Part shown: positions 25,541-39,956 of the stretch, piece after piece
How the letters are laid out: each line of letters begins with the position of its first letter
Numbering within the stretch: the stretch's first letter is position 1
From: Octopus sinensis
Lineage: Eukaryota
Length of the DNA stretch: 64,000 nt
NCBI RefSeq assembly: GCF_006345805.1
Contig: NC_043008.1
Coordinates: forward strand, 67,642,001-67,706,000
Reading direction: 5' to 3'
The notes under the pieces: generated by a model
Told to the model about the DNA's origin: nothing
Seen by the model: only the letters and a program-made list of their open reading frames with translations
Database searches by the model: none
Program-made: the position numbers and the translations under genes

Positions 25541-26174
25541 GTATTTGTTTTGAAATTCAGCGCTCAAAGTTCAAATCTAACCAAGACAAACGTTGCTTTC
25601 ATTTTTTCGCGGGTCGATAAAAATGTATCATTCCAGGACAAGAAATTGATGGATTTGTTAGGGTTTCCGATGAAAGACCTATGGTATTTGTTTGTCCCGG
25701 TTCTTTGCATTCCGAGTTCAAATTCTGTCATGGGGTACATGGGTGGCAGGGTTAATCCGTAGTCCGGTTTAACACCACTTCTTGGCACCCCTTGGGTATC
25801 TTTTGCGCAGCATTTAGGCTTCTTGGGTGTCTTTGTTGCAAGTATTTAAACTCGGTGTTTGGCTTGCAGATACTTTCCTCTTTCCCTTCTTCCTTCCCGC
25901 CCACAAGTTTCGAAGGCTTTGTAGTACTTGAAGAGAACTAAATGAGACTGCATAAGTCGCATAACAGAACAAGTATTTGACCTTAAAAATGCAAGGAATA
26001 ACAAAGCATTGCCAGATATTGTATTTGGTGTTCAACTATTTCTCCCAATGAATTGCAAGTACCCACTCCTCTCTGTCTTAATCTATCCTTCTCTATTTCT
26101 CTCTCTGCTTGTTTCACCCTTTCTCTCAGTCTGTCTCTCTCTTTCTCTCTCTCTCTCTCTGTCCCTCGCTCTTT

Positions 26175-26223
<49 letters not shown>

Positions 26224-26869
26224 CTCTTTCACACCTTCTAGATTCCAAAGAATTACATCATATCCTCAAGCAAGCGGAAGGATTCACAGATAGAAGGCTC
26301 ATGAACGATGTATGATATCATTTCTCTCTCTCCCCCTCTCCCTCTCTCTGTTATCCTATCATTGTCTCGTTATTTCATTCATTCTCTCATTTATTTGTTC
26401 CTTATTTTCGAAAACGCAAAAATTGAGAGCAAAAAGTAATTATAAAACTTACCAAAATTTCGGGGGACGGAGTAAACCGGTTACGTCGATACCCAGTACT
26501 TGATTAGTATTTATCTTATCGACCCTGAAAGGACGAAAGGCAAAGCGGACCTCGGGGGAATTTGAACTCCGAAAGTAATACCAGAAGAAATGCTGATAAG
26601 TATTGTATCCATCGTGCTAACAATTCTCTCAGCACGCCACCATAATAATTCTTTCTGTTAAAGGCACAAGGCCTGAAATTTTGCGGGGAGGCGGCAAGTC
26701 GATTACACTGACTCCAGTACTCAGCTGGTACTTGATTTATCGACCTCGAAAAAAGAATAAAAGGCGCAGTCGACATTGGAGGAATTTGAACTCAGAACGC
26801 AGCGACGGGCGAAATACCGCTAAGCATTTCGTCCAGTGTGCTAACGATTCTGCCAGCTCGCTGCCTATG

Positions 26870-26956
<87 letters not shown>

Positions 26957-27371
26957 GTGATGGTGGTGGTGGTGGTGGTGGTGGTGGTGGTGGTGGTGGT
27001 GATGATGATGATAAAAATAATAATAATAATAATAATTCGGAGACCCCTTTCGGTCACGAATGACCATGGGATTGCACCTAGAAAGTAACCCTCCGAGGCA
27101 CAAATCCGAGCATGTTTGCTTATGGAAGACCAGCAGTCGCCCATACTTATCAGCCTCTCCACGCCACCGATGTTATCCAAGGGAAAGGCAAAGAGGGATA
27201 CAGCTTGGCAACAGTGACGTCGCAACTCATTTCTACAACTGAGTAAAATAGAGCAACGTGAAATAAAGTGTCTTGCTCAAGAACACAACACGCAGCCCGG
27301 TCCGGGATTCGAACTCCCAACCGTAAGTTTGACGCTCTAACCACTGAGCCATGCGCTTTCACAACAACAAC

Positions 27372-27427
<56 letters not shown>

Positions 27428-27477
27428 GTATTTACATTGGAAAATATATAAACACTAATAAATCAACACTCCTGCTT

Positions 27478-28280
27478 ACTGGTATGAACATCATCTTGAG
27501 CCAGTCGTTGAAGGTAAAAATGTCACAATCATCTGGGTAGATCCAGATCCTCCGGGTATATTCGACAGAACGATCCAGGCTAATCGACCAGACATAGTCA
27601 TTAAAGACAAAGGAGAAAATACTTGTAGACTAATAGATGTAAGTGTTCCTACTGATAAAAATATATCTGTAAAGGAATTTGACAAATTAAGTAAATATAT
27701 TTCTTTTTGGGATTTGGTTTGCAAGATTCTTTATATGAGTTCGTGTGTGAAAAGGTTGCAAGACGCAACGAAAATTTTAGGAAAAGAAAAATAAGAAAAA
27801 AGTGGAAATTTTACCGGTGAGTGTGTTAAATAATAAGGCACAAAAAGAAAATGACTCTCCCAAGACACAACAGAACATTGATAGGGATTTTCTAAGGCTG
27901 AATAAGTAAATATAAGGACCTGCAAATTGAAGTACAAAAGAAGTGGCATCTTAAAGCGAGAACTGTTCCTATTGTTGTGGGTGCCCTAGGTATGATAGGA
28001 AAGGTATGTCAAAAACATCTAGATAATATCCCAGGAGAACCATATCTCAGAGAAATCCAAAAGAATGTGCTGACAAGTACAGCCTACAGCCTTAGAAAAT
28101 CCCTATCAATTTAAATGTCTGTGTTGTATTACATGAAGAGGTTTCGCTACTGTCCCTGTCATTTCCCCTACCCAAGTTTTCAGTCATACTGTAGTATCTC
28201 TTACCCTTCACTCACCCTAGGACGTTGAATTTGTCTCAGCAAGTAATTGTAACAAACATGCAGATTAAATAATAATAATA

Positions 28281-28320
<40 letters not shown>
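27478..28320 (+). mobile_element. 5'-truncated R4/Dong-like non-LTR retrotransposon (restriction-like endonuclease end) in (TAA)n
   Basis: DRTIQANRPDIVIKDK...LIDVSVPTD...KY/KDLQIEV..WHL...VPIVVGALG...LRKSL*; (TAA)n arrays on both sides, matching the known TAA targeting of Dong. Confidence 0.9.
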
Positions 28321-28322
<2 letters not shown>

Positions 28323-28383
28323 GAACAACAACAATAACAACAACAACGACGACGACGACGACGACAACAACAACAACAACAAC

Positions 28384-28438
<55 letters not shown>

Positions 28439-30557
28439 GTACTTATTTTATTGACCCCGAAAGGATGAAAGACAGAGTCGACCTCGGCGGAATTTGAACT
28501 CAGAACGTAGCGACGGGCGAAATACCGCTAAGCATTTCGTCCAGCGTGATAACGATTCTACCAGCTCGCCGCCATAATAATAATACGAAGAAGAAGAAGA
28601 AGAAAAAGAAGAAGAAGAAGAAGAAGAAGAAGAAGAAGAAGAAGAAGAAGAAGAAGAAGAAGAAGAAGAAGAAGAAGAAGAAGAAGAAGAAGAAGAAGAG
28701 ATGTGCTGATATATGTGTATACATATACATGCACAAACGCATACATGCACACACATATACGCATCGTACACACACACACACACACAAATGCATACACTTG
28801 GCAGCCGATCCTATTTTAGTACCATTACTAATACGATGTAGTAACAGCAAATAGTCAAAGAATGAAGAAGACAATGGAGTGTTAACTCTGAGACTGCTGC
28901 AACAGGTAATGGTGATAAAAATAAAAAATACAGTAATAATAATGATAATATGATGATGACGACGACGACGACGACGATGGTGGTTATGATGATTTCTCTT
29001 GCCCCAGTTGCATAGTATAAAGATAGTTCGTAATTTGTGTCGGTGTTTGCATACAAAGAAGATGAAGGAAGCGAAAGGGAGAGGCGATGGGGGAAATGAA
29101 ATAACAAGAAAGGAATTACATAATATGCGAAATATGTGAACACATCTCTGATGAATTTCTCTTATTATAGTAGAACCAATCACAGAACCTCACAAATCCA
29201 GGATCTGTTCGACCAACAAGAGTACGAGCCCAACGCTTGTTTGTTCTCCAATTTACAGATGCGTTCTTAAAGGAGGATCAGCTAACTTAAATTTTAAATT
29301 ATAACATTTAAAATACAAAGAAGAAGAAAGATGAAAAAGGAAAAGAAAGTGCGGTGGGGGTAGCGGAGGAAATCGGTAGTAAGGGGTCCGACGTCTCGAC
29401 GACGACCGACACAAACTCATAGTAATTATTGATTTTTCTCTCCTTCGCGTTACAGGTGGCGACGACCGGGTTTTCAGCCGATGTATCAAGGCTGGAGCCG
29501 GGGAACGTGTCGTTGCACGTCGTATCTCAGACTAGGAATCTGCCTCCCTCGTACAAGGCCAGCAATTTTGAGAGGGAGAGTATTAGTCTCCAGTACTTCA
29601 CTTGTAGCAACAACAACAGACGCATTGATTAATAATTAGCATTATGTTTTGTTTGTTCCTTCTCAAGCCATACCTGGACCGGTTTCCTGGTTTCATTGGC
29701 GTATAGGTTCCCCACCGGGATGGGACGCCGGTTCATCGCAGGAGCTGCAAGATGCGGGAGGTAAGAGAGAGAGAAAATTGTGGCGAAAGAATCAGCAGAA
29801 GTTCGCCATTACCTTCTGCCGGAGCCGCGTTGAGCTTAGGTGTTTCGCTCATAAACATACACATCGCCCGATCTGAGATTCGAACCCGCGATCCCTCGAC
29901 CGCGAGTCCGCTGCTCTAACCACTAGGCCATGTGCCGCCACTGCATTATGAAGCAATCACAAATATAGAACAACAATTCGGAAAGACACTCCATTCCCAC
30001 GAAACACCCACATATTTTGATTCTAGGCACCCACATGTAACCCTGGGTTACCATAGTGCATAAAGAAAAGTGCTTTGTTTTGTTTCAGTATTTACTACCA
30101 AACTGTGGCAAAACAATTAGAAGTACTTTTAACCCAACTAACTTTTGCTCAGTCATTCACCTTTCATAAGAAGTACAAGAAGAAGCTGGCGAGAGTTTGG
30201 TTTGACAGGAAATAAATAATAATATTTTGTATTCAAACATATAATTGTGTGTGGAAATAATAATATTTTGTATTTATGTATGTATATATATATATGATTG
30301 CATATGTGTGTATGGATATATATTTGAGTATGTTGCTTGTGTGTGTGTGAGCTGGCAGGTTTACTATGACATAAAGAACAAAGAATTCTGCGCATGTGTT
30401 TGTGCTAAGATGCCGACTCAGTTCTTACAAGCTGTATGTAATAACTTCATGTAGTGTTAGAGTTATAGAGAAAGGTACGTAGAAAACTGCAACAGACGAC
30501 TATTGACAAACTGGCGCGCGCGCTCACACACACACCCGTACATAAATATATAAATGC

Positions 30558-30588
<31 letters not shown>

Positions 30589-30634
30589 CATACAAATATA
30601 TAATAAAAATATATACGGGTGTGTATAGGTATAT

Positions 30635-30679
<45 letters not shown>

Positions 30680-30817
30680 GTTTAACATCCGCCTTCCATG
30701 TTGGCAGTGTGTATGCACACACACACACACACACACATACGTGTGTGTGTGTATGCGCGTGTATGCAAATATATATTATAGATATGTGTGTATGTATATA
30801 TATATATGTATATATAT

Positions 30818-30854
<37 letters not shown>

Positions 30855-30898
30855 CATATATATACATATATTTATATACATATGTGAAGAGATGTATG

Positions 30899-30941
<43 letters not shown>

Positions 30942-33509
30942 GATGTGTGTATATTTATATACATACATACATACACACATGCGTTTCTTTTTTTAACTCT
31001 TTTACTTGTTTCAGTCATTAAACTTCTAAATCGAATGTATTGACACCAGTATTTAGTTTTTGTAAGTCTGGTACGGTTTTTCTCAGTCTCTTTTGCCGAA
31101 ACGCTACGTTACGGGAATGTAAACACACCAGCACCGGTTGTCATGTGTGGTGGGGGAGCCACATACACACGAAGGCACACATACACAGACAGAGAAACAC
31201 ACACATACACACATATTTATAGAACGGGCTTCTTTCAGTTTCCGTCCATCAAATCCACTCACTAAGTATTGGTCGGCGCAGTGGGACTTAACCCCGAACC
31301 ATGTGGTTGGCAAACAAGCTTCTTCCCACACAGCCAATAATAACTGTGCTTTATTTTCAAACATGTCATTAAAGATACAACAACGTTTGATATTAAGATT
31401 TTGTAATAAAGGAAAGGCAGTGAGCTGGCAGAATCGCTACCACACCGGGCAAAATACTTAGCAGTATTTCGTATGTCTTTATGTTCTGAGTTGAAATTCT
31501 GCCGAGATCAACTTTGCCTTTCATCCTATCGAGGTCGACGAAATAAGTGACAGTTGAGAACTGGGGTCGATGTAATGGACATACCCCCTACCCCGGAATT
31601 GCCGGTGCTGTGCCAAAATTTGAAAACAATATTTTGTATTAAGGAGTTTTCGTATCTTCTTATTTGTACTTTATCTCGTGTGGAACAAAAACATTCCGAA
31701 TTTAATAATCCAATAACGTTACGTCCCTGCGTAACTCATCATCTGAATGAAGCGATCGTAATAATAATACTGCAAAGTACGCGTGTTGTTTGCGTGTTTT
31801 GCAGTATGTCGTAAGAGACCGCCAGAATACTGTTATATTCGATAAAATCATTAATGTCACATTAAAATAATTATACAACGATTAGATTTAGGTAGAATTC
31901 GTTTCTTTTTACGTATTATGTATCATTGTGTAAACTGTTGGTTTGTTTTTCCTATTAATAAAAATTCCATATAATGTATAAACCATAGGACTGTCAACTA
32001 GTCTCTTTATATCCAGTCTTATTCTATGGACTGTATAAGGAATAGAACAGTACATAGAACTGCCTCGGTACAAACAGACGCAAAACTCCTCAAATAAATG
32101 CTTTTAAAGAAACTTTAAATAAACAAATTTTATGTGTAAAACAGGCATTAGTTTGCATGATGAAAATGTTGAAGTTTTGAGATGTAAAATAAATTACTTT
32201 TTAAAGTGTAAGTCTTGAAGTAATAGTTATAAATGATAGCGTGTAACATTGCAGTGGGTTAAAAAATCATTTTGGATGAAAAAGGATCATCTTTCTCTAA
32301 TCGAGAGCTATTGGCTCATTATACTATATATCATCTATAGATGCATTCACTTCAAGATTCACCCTTAAAAATGATTTATAAACATTTCTTAATAACGAAT
32401 ACTCCAATGAATTAGTAGTCTAGGAACAAATTCATCCACATTGACATGACAGAAACGACACTAAAAACTACACAAACACCACACATCCTATGTTATATGC
32501 ATCAAACACACAAGCCCCACATCTTATGCTATAAGAAGGATGAATATAGTATTTAAAAAATAAACAGAGCAGAACACAACATTTATCAAGCCTAACAACA
32601 AACACAATGTTAGAATGTAATAGAAAAAAATCTAAAATGAAAAATCTTTTTATTAACGAGGCACGACAAACTAGCAAAGCAAAGAATGTTCAATGTACAC
32701 ATGTGCAGCCAATTTGATATACAACACAGACAACCAAAGTAATCTACAAACTTCAATGTAAACATGAAAGTAATAAACTTTAGGACTTGAACTATCACAG
32801 CATATACACATTTTCTCGTCCACTGATCATGCATTTACATCAAGAACCCATTATAAAATGGTATGCAAAATTAATATTGGATAGGAAAAACCCGGCAACA
32901 TTGGTTGACAACACTTCAATTTTATACAGATTTCCATAAAAACGAGAAAAATAATTATTAAGATTTTAGCAAGACGTAAAATACATCATGAATTCTACCA
33001 GAAATTAAGCGTTGTATAATTTTAAAATCCAGCATTGGCGATTTTATGAATTGCAATAGCATTCAAATGATCATTTACAATAACATGCCATCATCACCAC
33101 ACACTGCAGTTACTCATGCAGTGAGTCTCTCTCTTCCTATCGCAGTTTTGTCAAATGAAGGATCAAGGGCTAGTACAACCTGCTTGGTACCAATGCAGGG
33201 CTTTCCTATGAGTGGATACGAATGCAAAGCAGAGGAACTTTCAAATAAGAAATACAGAGGATTCCTTCTCTTAGATGAACTACATTCCCAGGCAGATGTG
33301 TTTTAGTTACCCGTAGCACTAGTTTTAGAGTATCAGAACCTACATTCGCTCATAGAAACAGATTGCTGAATTCAGGGGCTAAATAGTACGAAAAATCCAG
33401 GAGTTAAGCTTGGCTGTCAGAGACTGCTTCAGACTACGAGCAATGAGAGGCATTTTTAAGTAACAGGAACTTTTCCCTATTAATGTTCATCGGCTTCATA
33501 ACTTTGGGC

Positions 33510-33551
<42 letters not shown>

Positions 33552-33619
33552 CATACATACATAATACATGCATAGATACATACATACATACATATTTATA
33601 TATATATATACACATACAT

Positions 33620-33703
<84 letters not shown>

Positions 33704-33789
33704 AATCCAAACGGGAAAACAAAAAAACAACAACAATGGAACAATTACAGTATTATTATTAATAGGCGCTCAGGAAATGGAAACAGGAG

Positions 33790-33831
<42 letters not shown>

Positions 33832-34483
33832 TATATATATACACACACATATATATAATATATATATATATAATATATATATTATATATATATATATATA
33901 ATATATATATACATATGACCAAGGAGAATGGCGTGTGTCCTTCACCGATTCACGATTGCTTCATTAAAGAGCGATTCTTTGGAATCATGCAAAGTTATTT
34001 GCAGTAGACATTTGAATTAATGATAATTTATACTTATACCGAATTGGGCGTGTTTAATGGTTACATTTAGATATTAGAAACCAAACCAAACAAAACAAAG
34101 TCTGATTTTAGTTGACCGGTCAAGTAGAAGGATGAACTGAAAAACGAAAAGGAAGAATAAAATCATAAAAGAAAAGGAAAGTTTTTGTTTTTAAGTAATA
34201 AAATAAATGTTAGTCTTCTCAACCGTTTCTTTCTTAAAAGTACTTTGTAGTAGTATTGTTCAGACGTTTTCTGTTCTCACACGTACATATGCGATCATAC
34301 ATGTACACGCATCCGCACGTGCAGATACAGACAGACACAGAAGATCAATATTTCAGTGATAATGACATATAGAGCTTATCAACAAGAAAAGAATTCATTA
34401 AAAGTTAAGCCTCGGTAGACAGATCTAAATGATACTGCTTATGCTTACATGGACAGAGATGAATAATTATATATACATATATA

Positions 34484-34909
34484 CAGGGCTGGATTAACCA
34501 TTAAGCAAAACAAGCACGTGCTTAGGGCATCAAGGGAAGGAAGGAGCACCACAGAAATGGTAAATGGTTTGTGGCACAAAAGAAATCATTTAACCTTGCT
34601 AAAATAATATTTGGGATGCCTTTATCTCTACTGAGTATAGATGCAGATGAGTTACCTAGGATTAATTTCGAGGGATCTGATCAAAGACTTTGCAATCCCA
34701 AAAAAAGCAGGTGGAAACTTTTCAAATATAAATAAAGTGAAAGTATACAAGAATAAACACTATTTTCCCTCTTACTATTTTGTTTCATTTTGAGAAATAA
34801 AAATTTATTCTATGGTTTGTTATTGTTTATATTTTGAATAACATAATCTTTAATGGGGGCACCAAAATCTTTTAAGCTATTAGGAACTCGATGGGTCTTA
34901 ATCCGGCCC

Positions 34910-34911
<2 letters not shown>
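34484..34911 (+). mobile_element. Non-autonomous hAT element
   Basis: TIR cagggc(t/c)ggattaa, perfect 8-bp TSD catatata (34476-34483 and 34912-34919), remnant of hAT dimerisation-domain codons (LSLLSIDADE...DLIKDFA). Confidence 0.9.
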
Positions 34912-34941
<30 letters not shown>

Positions 34942-35049
34942 CGCGAGAAAGAAGCAACAAGAATGGAAATCTGTGTATGTTACTTAATTATCTACATTAC
35001 TTCATGAGTATAGCCTCAACCACTAGGATGTCTAGAGAACTCACATGTA

Positions 35050-35140
35050 TTTTAGCTGATGAGTACGGGACACGTTTATATGCTGTAATTTTTACAACTT
35101 TTAATAAAGCCTGTCCTTGTATGAAACGATTGTACTAAAA
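35050..35140 (+). ncRNA. Type I hammerhead ribozyme, minimal Penelope-type, canonical core
   Basis: ttttag-CTGATGA-gtacgggaca...tgtccttgtat-GAAA-near-palindromic ACGATTGT-GTA-ctaaaa; predicted cleavage after A35134. Confidence 0.75.
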
Positions 35141-35286
35141 CCTATCCATTCTTGTTGCTTCTTTCTCGCTTATAATCACCCCACATTACTGTATTGTTAA
35201 AACAGTATAGTTTTTTTTGGTGCATCTAAGTTAGGTACCATATTCAAGTAAATTCATTTAAATTAACTTGAATCTTTATTGCTTTT

Positions 35287-35348
<62 letters not shown>

Positions 35349-35827
35349 GTATGTATGTATGTGTGTATGTATGTATGTATATATATATATATGTATATAT
35401 GTATGTACATATATACGTATGTATGTATATATGTATGAATGTATGTGTGTATTTACATGTGTGTAAACATAGTTTGCAATTTACTAGCTGCAGTGAACTG
35501 GAGCAGCTAGATTTGAAGCTAGATGGATTGGCATATTGTTTCCCTGGGATTGGTCAAGTGATGTTGATACCCCAGATGAGACTTCAACAAGGGTCGAAAA
35601 TCGATTAAGGCTGTTTATCATTTTTTTCAGTTTACTCACACACACCTCGTTCTCTCCTGTCTTTTTATATATATCTATAAATATGTATAATTTTCACACA
35701 AACATATTATTTTCCTTTGCATCTTTCACGTTCCTCTCTCACCCCACACAGCTCAATTCTTTCAACGCCCTAATAACATTCAACTGCAAACAATAATATA
35801 CGCATAACTACATAAGCATACACACGC

Positions 35828-35878
<51 letters not shown>

Positions 35879-36328
35879 ACACACACACATACACACACAC
35901 ACACACCACACACACACACAAACACAAACAAACACACACACACTTCTTTTATTTTTTCATAGTCCCTCACTAGACAAGTTTCCTCAACATTCACAGCAAG
36001 ATAGAAATTCCTACTAGAACCAGCCCGTCCCCACGAAACTAAATAGCAAAACATTCGTTAGCTCCTCTCTCACATTTAAAACTAATGCATCTACAGTGCA
36101 GTCTCCAGGGAATGAGGGATCGGTTTGTTAGTTCCGTAAACAATATATTTTGGTAACGCAGTAGACAGGGGCTTTGTCGCACCACAGAGAGATGAGGTAA
36201 GCATATTGATTGTTATTAAATTCATGTTATATTTCATACGTTCCTAAAGTAGGTAGAGAAATATTTCTTACATGCGCACAGTATTGTAGGGTCAGATGGG
36301 CACTGTAAATGAGAAAAAAAAAAGCACC

Positions 36329-37086
36329 ATGACGCAATTCACTCTGCCAGAAATTTGGAAACGATATGCTGTACTGCCTGACATTTGTGCCGGCAACTCG
36401 AATACGAACAGATGGTGAACACACAGAGCAACCGTTGCTTTGTCGTGTCTCGAAAGCATGTACCGAGAGTGATTAAAACCAAATATCCAGTCAACACCAT
36501 GGTGTTTGGTGTGATCACTAATGATGGCGACGTTATGCCCCCATTTATCTTCCCATATGGCCTCAGATTCAACACGGAGGCCTACATCAAATGCCTGAAG
36601 GAAGTAGTGCCACCCTGGGTCAAGAGGATGGCCGCTGGAAGACCCTATGTTTGGCAACAGGACTCTGCACCATGCCACATAAGCAGGAGAACCCAGTCAT
36701 GGCTGTCAGACAATTTCTGTGATCACATCGCCCCTAACATCTGACCACCTTACTCCCCAGATTGCAGCCCCTTTGATTATTATGTGTGGGACGCAGTTGA
36801 ACGAGAGATCAACAAAACTCCTTGTAACACCAAAGATGAACTGAAGGCAAGGATTATGGCAGCATTCACCAACTTATACAAGGAGGTCGCCTAGAAGAGT
36901 TGCAGGAGATTCTTGAGTTGTCTGGAGGCCGTGGTTGAAGCCAATGGCAATTTTATTGAATAAATTTACTCTCTAATATTTCAAGATATTGTTATGTAAT
37001 TTTGGCAAATATATGTGTTAAAATGAGATGTCAGTGTTATTTTCATTTTTGCGTAATTTAGACAACAAAATATTCATCGCACCCTG
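36329..37086 (+). mobile_element. Internally deleted Tc1/mariner element of the DD37D (maT) type
   Basis: VWQQDSAPCH...SPDCSPFDY with 37 residues between the second and third Asp (one in-frame stop); right end ...catcgcaccctg. Confidence 0.88.
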
Positions 37087-37249
37087 TGGCCCAAAGATTG
37101 ATAACGTCACATTTTCAAGCAAATGGTCTGACGTTATACCGCAAGTAGTTTACAAGTCAATAAAAAATGTCCTCGCAATCAATCAATCCGTACACAGTGA
37201 TAGACCAAACGTTAGTATGAACACGCACTGTAGGTGTATACGCTCCTAT

Positions 37250-37871
37250 AGCTCATGGAAGTCAAGGATTATAATGCGTTGCTTATTCAGCGTTGCATAC
37301 TTTACGAATTTAGTAACAACAAAGCAACACGTCCAAGAGAAAATATGTGTGATGTATGTCTTGATAGTGTGAGTTTTCGGAAACATAAAAAGGTAATTTA
37401 ACAAATTCAAAAATGGTGGTGTCAATCTCTTCGAAGGATATCGATGAGGAAGACCAAATGTTCTCATCTATGACGCAGGAGAAACAGGAATTGAAGAGAA
37501 TTCGTCTCAAAGCATTGGGGACTTATCGGGGGGACTTAACCGGTGGTTTAATAAACCTTGGTCCGTTTTCCAAAATTATCCCAAGCAGATTAGAAGAGTG
37601 CAGAGTGCATAGAGAAGAGCATTGGGTATTTATTGAGTTCTTCCCAGAATATAAAGCTGTACAATCAATAATTTGCATCAATTTTGACTCTTTTACTTGT
37701 TTCAGTCATTTGACTGTGGCCAAGCTTGAGCACCGCCTTTAGTCGCGCAAATCGACCCCAGGACTTATTCTTTGTAAGCCTAGTACTTATTCTATCGGTC
37801 TCATTTGCCGAACCGCTAAGTTACGGGGATGTAAATACACCAGCATCGGTTGTCAAGCGATGCTGGGGGGA

Positions 37872-37931
<60 letters not shown>

Positions 37932-38790
37932 TACATATATCTGACGGGCTTCTTTCGGTTTCCGTCTACCAAATCCACTCACAAGGCTTTTGTTGGCCCG
38001 AGGCTATAGTAGAAGACACTTGCCCAAGGTGCCGCGCAGTGAGACTGAACTCGGAACCATGTGGTTTGTAAGCAAGCTACTTACCACACAACCACTCCTA
38101 CGCCTATTTGTTAATCCAAAATAAACAAATGCTTTTACTTAATCGAACTTTAGATGATGAGAAAAGTATACCTTATACCTACATCAAACGCAAGAAACAG
38201 TGGATATCGCCTGATGAAAATTCAGTTCCAGCAGCCAAACTAGATCTAGACCCAAAGAAGATTTTCTGAGCTTTTTGTGAGACGCAGTATGTATTGTTCA
38301 TTTCAAATTATTGGAACAAGGGAAAAGCAACACTGCAGAATTTTATTGTCAATAACTTCAAAGTGTCAGTTAAGTTTTATCCATAAAATAACCGATTCTA
38401 TTCAACAGAAAAATGAGTTATTTATCCTGCATCATGATAATGCAAGACCACATTCAGCGAAGATGACCCACGAAAAGATAAATTCATTAGGCTAGGAAAC
38501 TCAACCTTATCTTCTCTACTCGCCACACCTATCAGCGTCAGATTTTCATTTTTCGTGTGACTTGGAAACTTTACTAGTTTAAAAACATTCAGAAACGGCA
38601 CTTCGAACACTTTTCTTTTCTAAAGAACCTGATTTTTTTTCCTCCCCTCAAGGAGTCAGAAAGACTTTCAAATTGGGAAAATGCTACTACTAAAGATGGC
38701 GATTATATTTTGAATGAATAAATGTATTCACGATGTTTTATGTTGATTTGAACCCATTACATGAAATGCTACATTTCTTTCCGTTACCGC
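37250..38790 (+). mobile_element. Highly decayed mariner interrupted by a SINE (37687-38106)
   Basis: IQRCILYEF N-terminus, then LHHDNARPHSAK...YSPHLSASDFH. Confidence 0.75.
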
Positions 38791-38827
38791 AAGATGCGTG
38801 CGTGTGTGTGTGTATCTCTGCATACGT

Positions 38828-38866
<39 letters not shown>

Positions 38867-39956
38867 AACTAAGAAAAACTGCTACAAACGGTGGGGTTTC
38901 TCCCCAAAACAAGGTAACATTAGTCGTCATCGTCATTGTTGTTGCTGTAGTTATGTTGTTGCTGTAGTTATTGTTGTTATTGGTGTTGGTGGTAGTATTG
39001 TTGCTATTGTTGTTATTGTTGTTGTTGGTGGTGGTGGTTTAGCTCCATGTCGGCCTTGACTATGCAAACATATAGTCAAAGATGTTCCAGACGTGACTAT
39101 CATGCTTTTTTCTTAATTTAAGGCTGTGGAGAACAATATCGAATGCGTCCTAATTATCAAGAGAGAGGGGTCAGAGAGGGAGAGAAGGTATTATAGTGGT
39201 AGTAGCAACTACTGTGACGCAATCGGGGTGACGACAGTGGTAGTGTAGTGATGGTGAATGTGCTAATGGCTGCGGTCGTAGTAACGGTTGCTATCAAAGT
39301 AGTAGCAGTGGAGGTAGTGGAGGAGGTGGTGGTAGTGGTAGGTAGTGGTGGGCACGTCTACATTAGACGTTAGTGGTGATTATGCGGGATAGTAGTGGTG
39401 GCCGTGAAGGGTGGTAATGCAAATGGCGGCTGTGGTATTGGCGGTAGTGGTATGGTTACTAATGGCAGTGATAATGATAAAGATGGAGAAGAGGATGGCG
39501 GCTGTAGTAGTAGTAGTAGTAGTAGTAATGAGTGGTGGTGGTGGTGGTGGTGGTATTGGTACTGATGGCAATTGTGTTAGTGTAACGAACAGATTCGATG
39601 TATCGATCTCCCCATCTTTCGAGATTAACAAATATCCGTTTGTTCACTAACCACACACATACAGACTAAAAAGAGAATATAATCAGGAAACCATCGAATT
39701 TAACAGCGCCAGACAATATTAAAGACTGTGTCACGTATCAGGATTTCCCCACAACCCACTTTACATCACCTTGATGTCATGTAGCCGACTGGATAAGGCT
39801 TTCTACCGCTATCTCTTGGTGTTTTGAGTTCGAATCCATAGCATTTATTTTCTTGTGTATTTGATGCAGTAGAACTCGTTTTAACTGGTTCGCATCCAGT
39901 TGTCTGTCTGTATGTCTTTCTATTTGTCGGTAATATGGACCAGGTAATCTTCTTTA

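Noticed and set aside
39380-39656. Thr/Pro- or Val/Gly-rich ORFs
   Set aside because: Degenerate (GTA)/(GGT) microsatellite with no splice context
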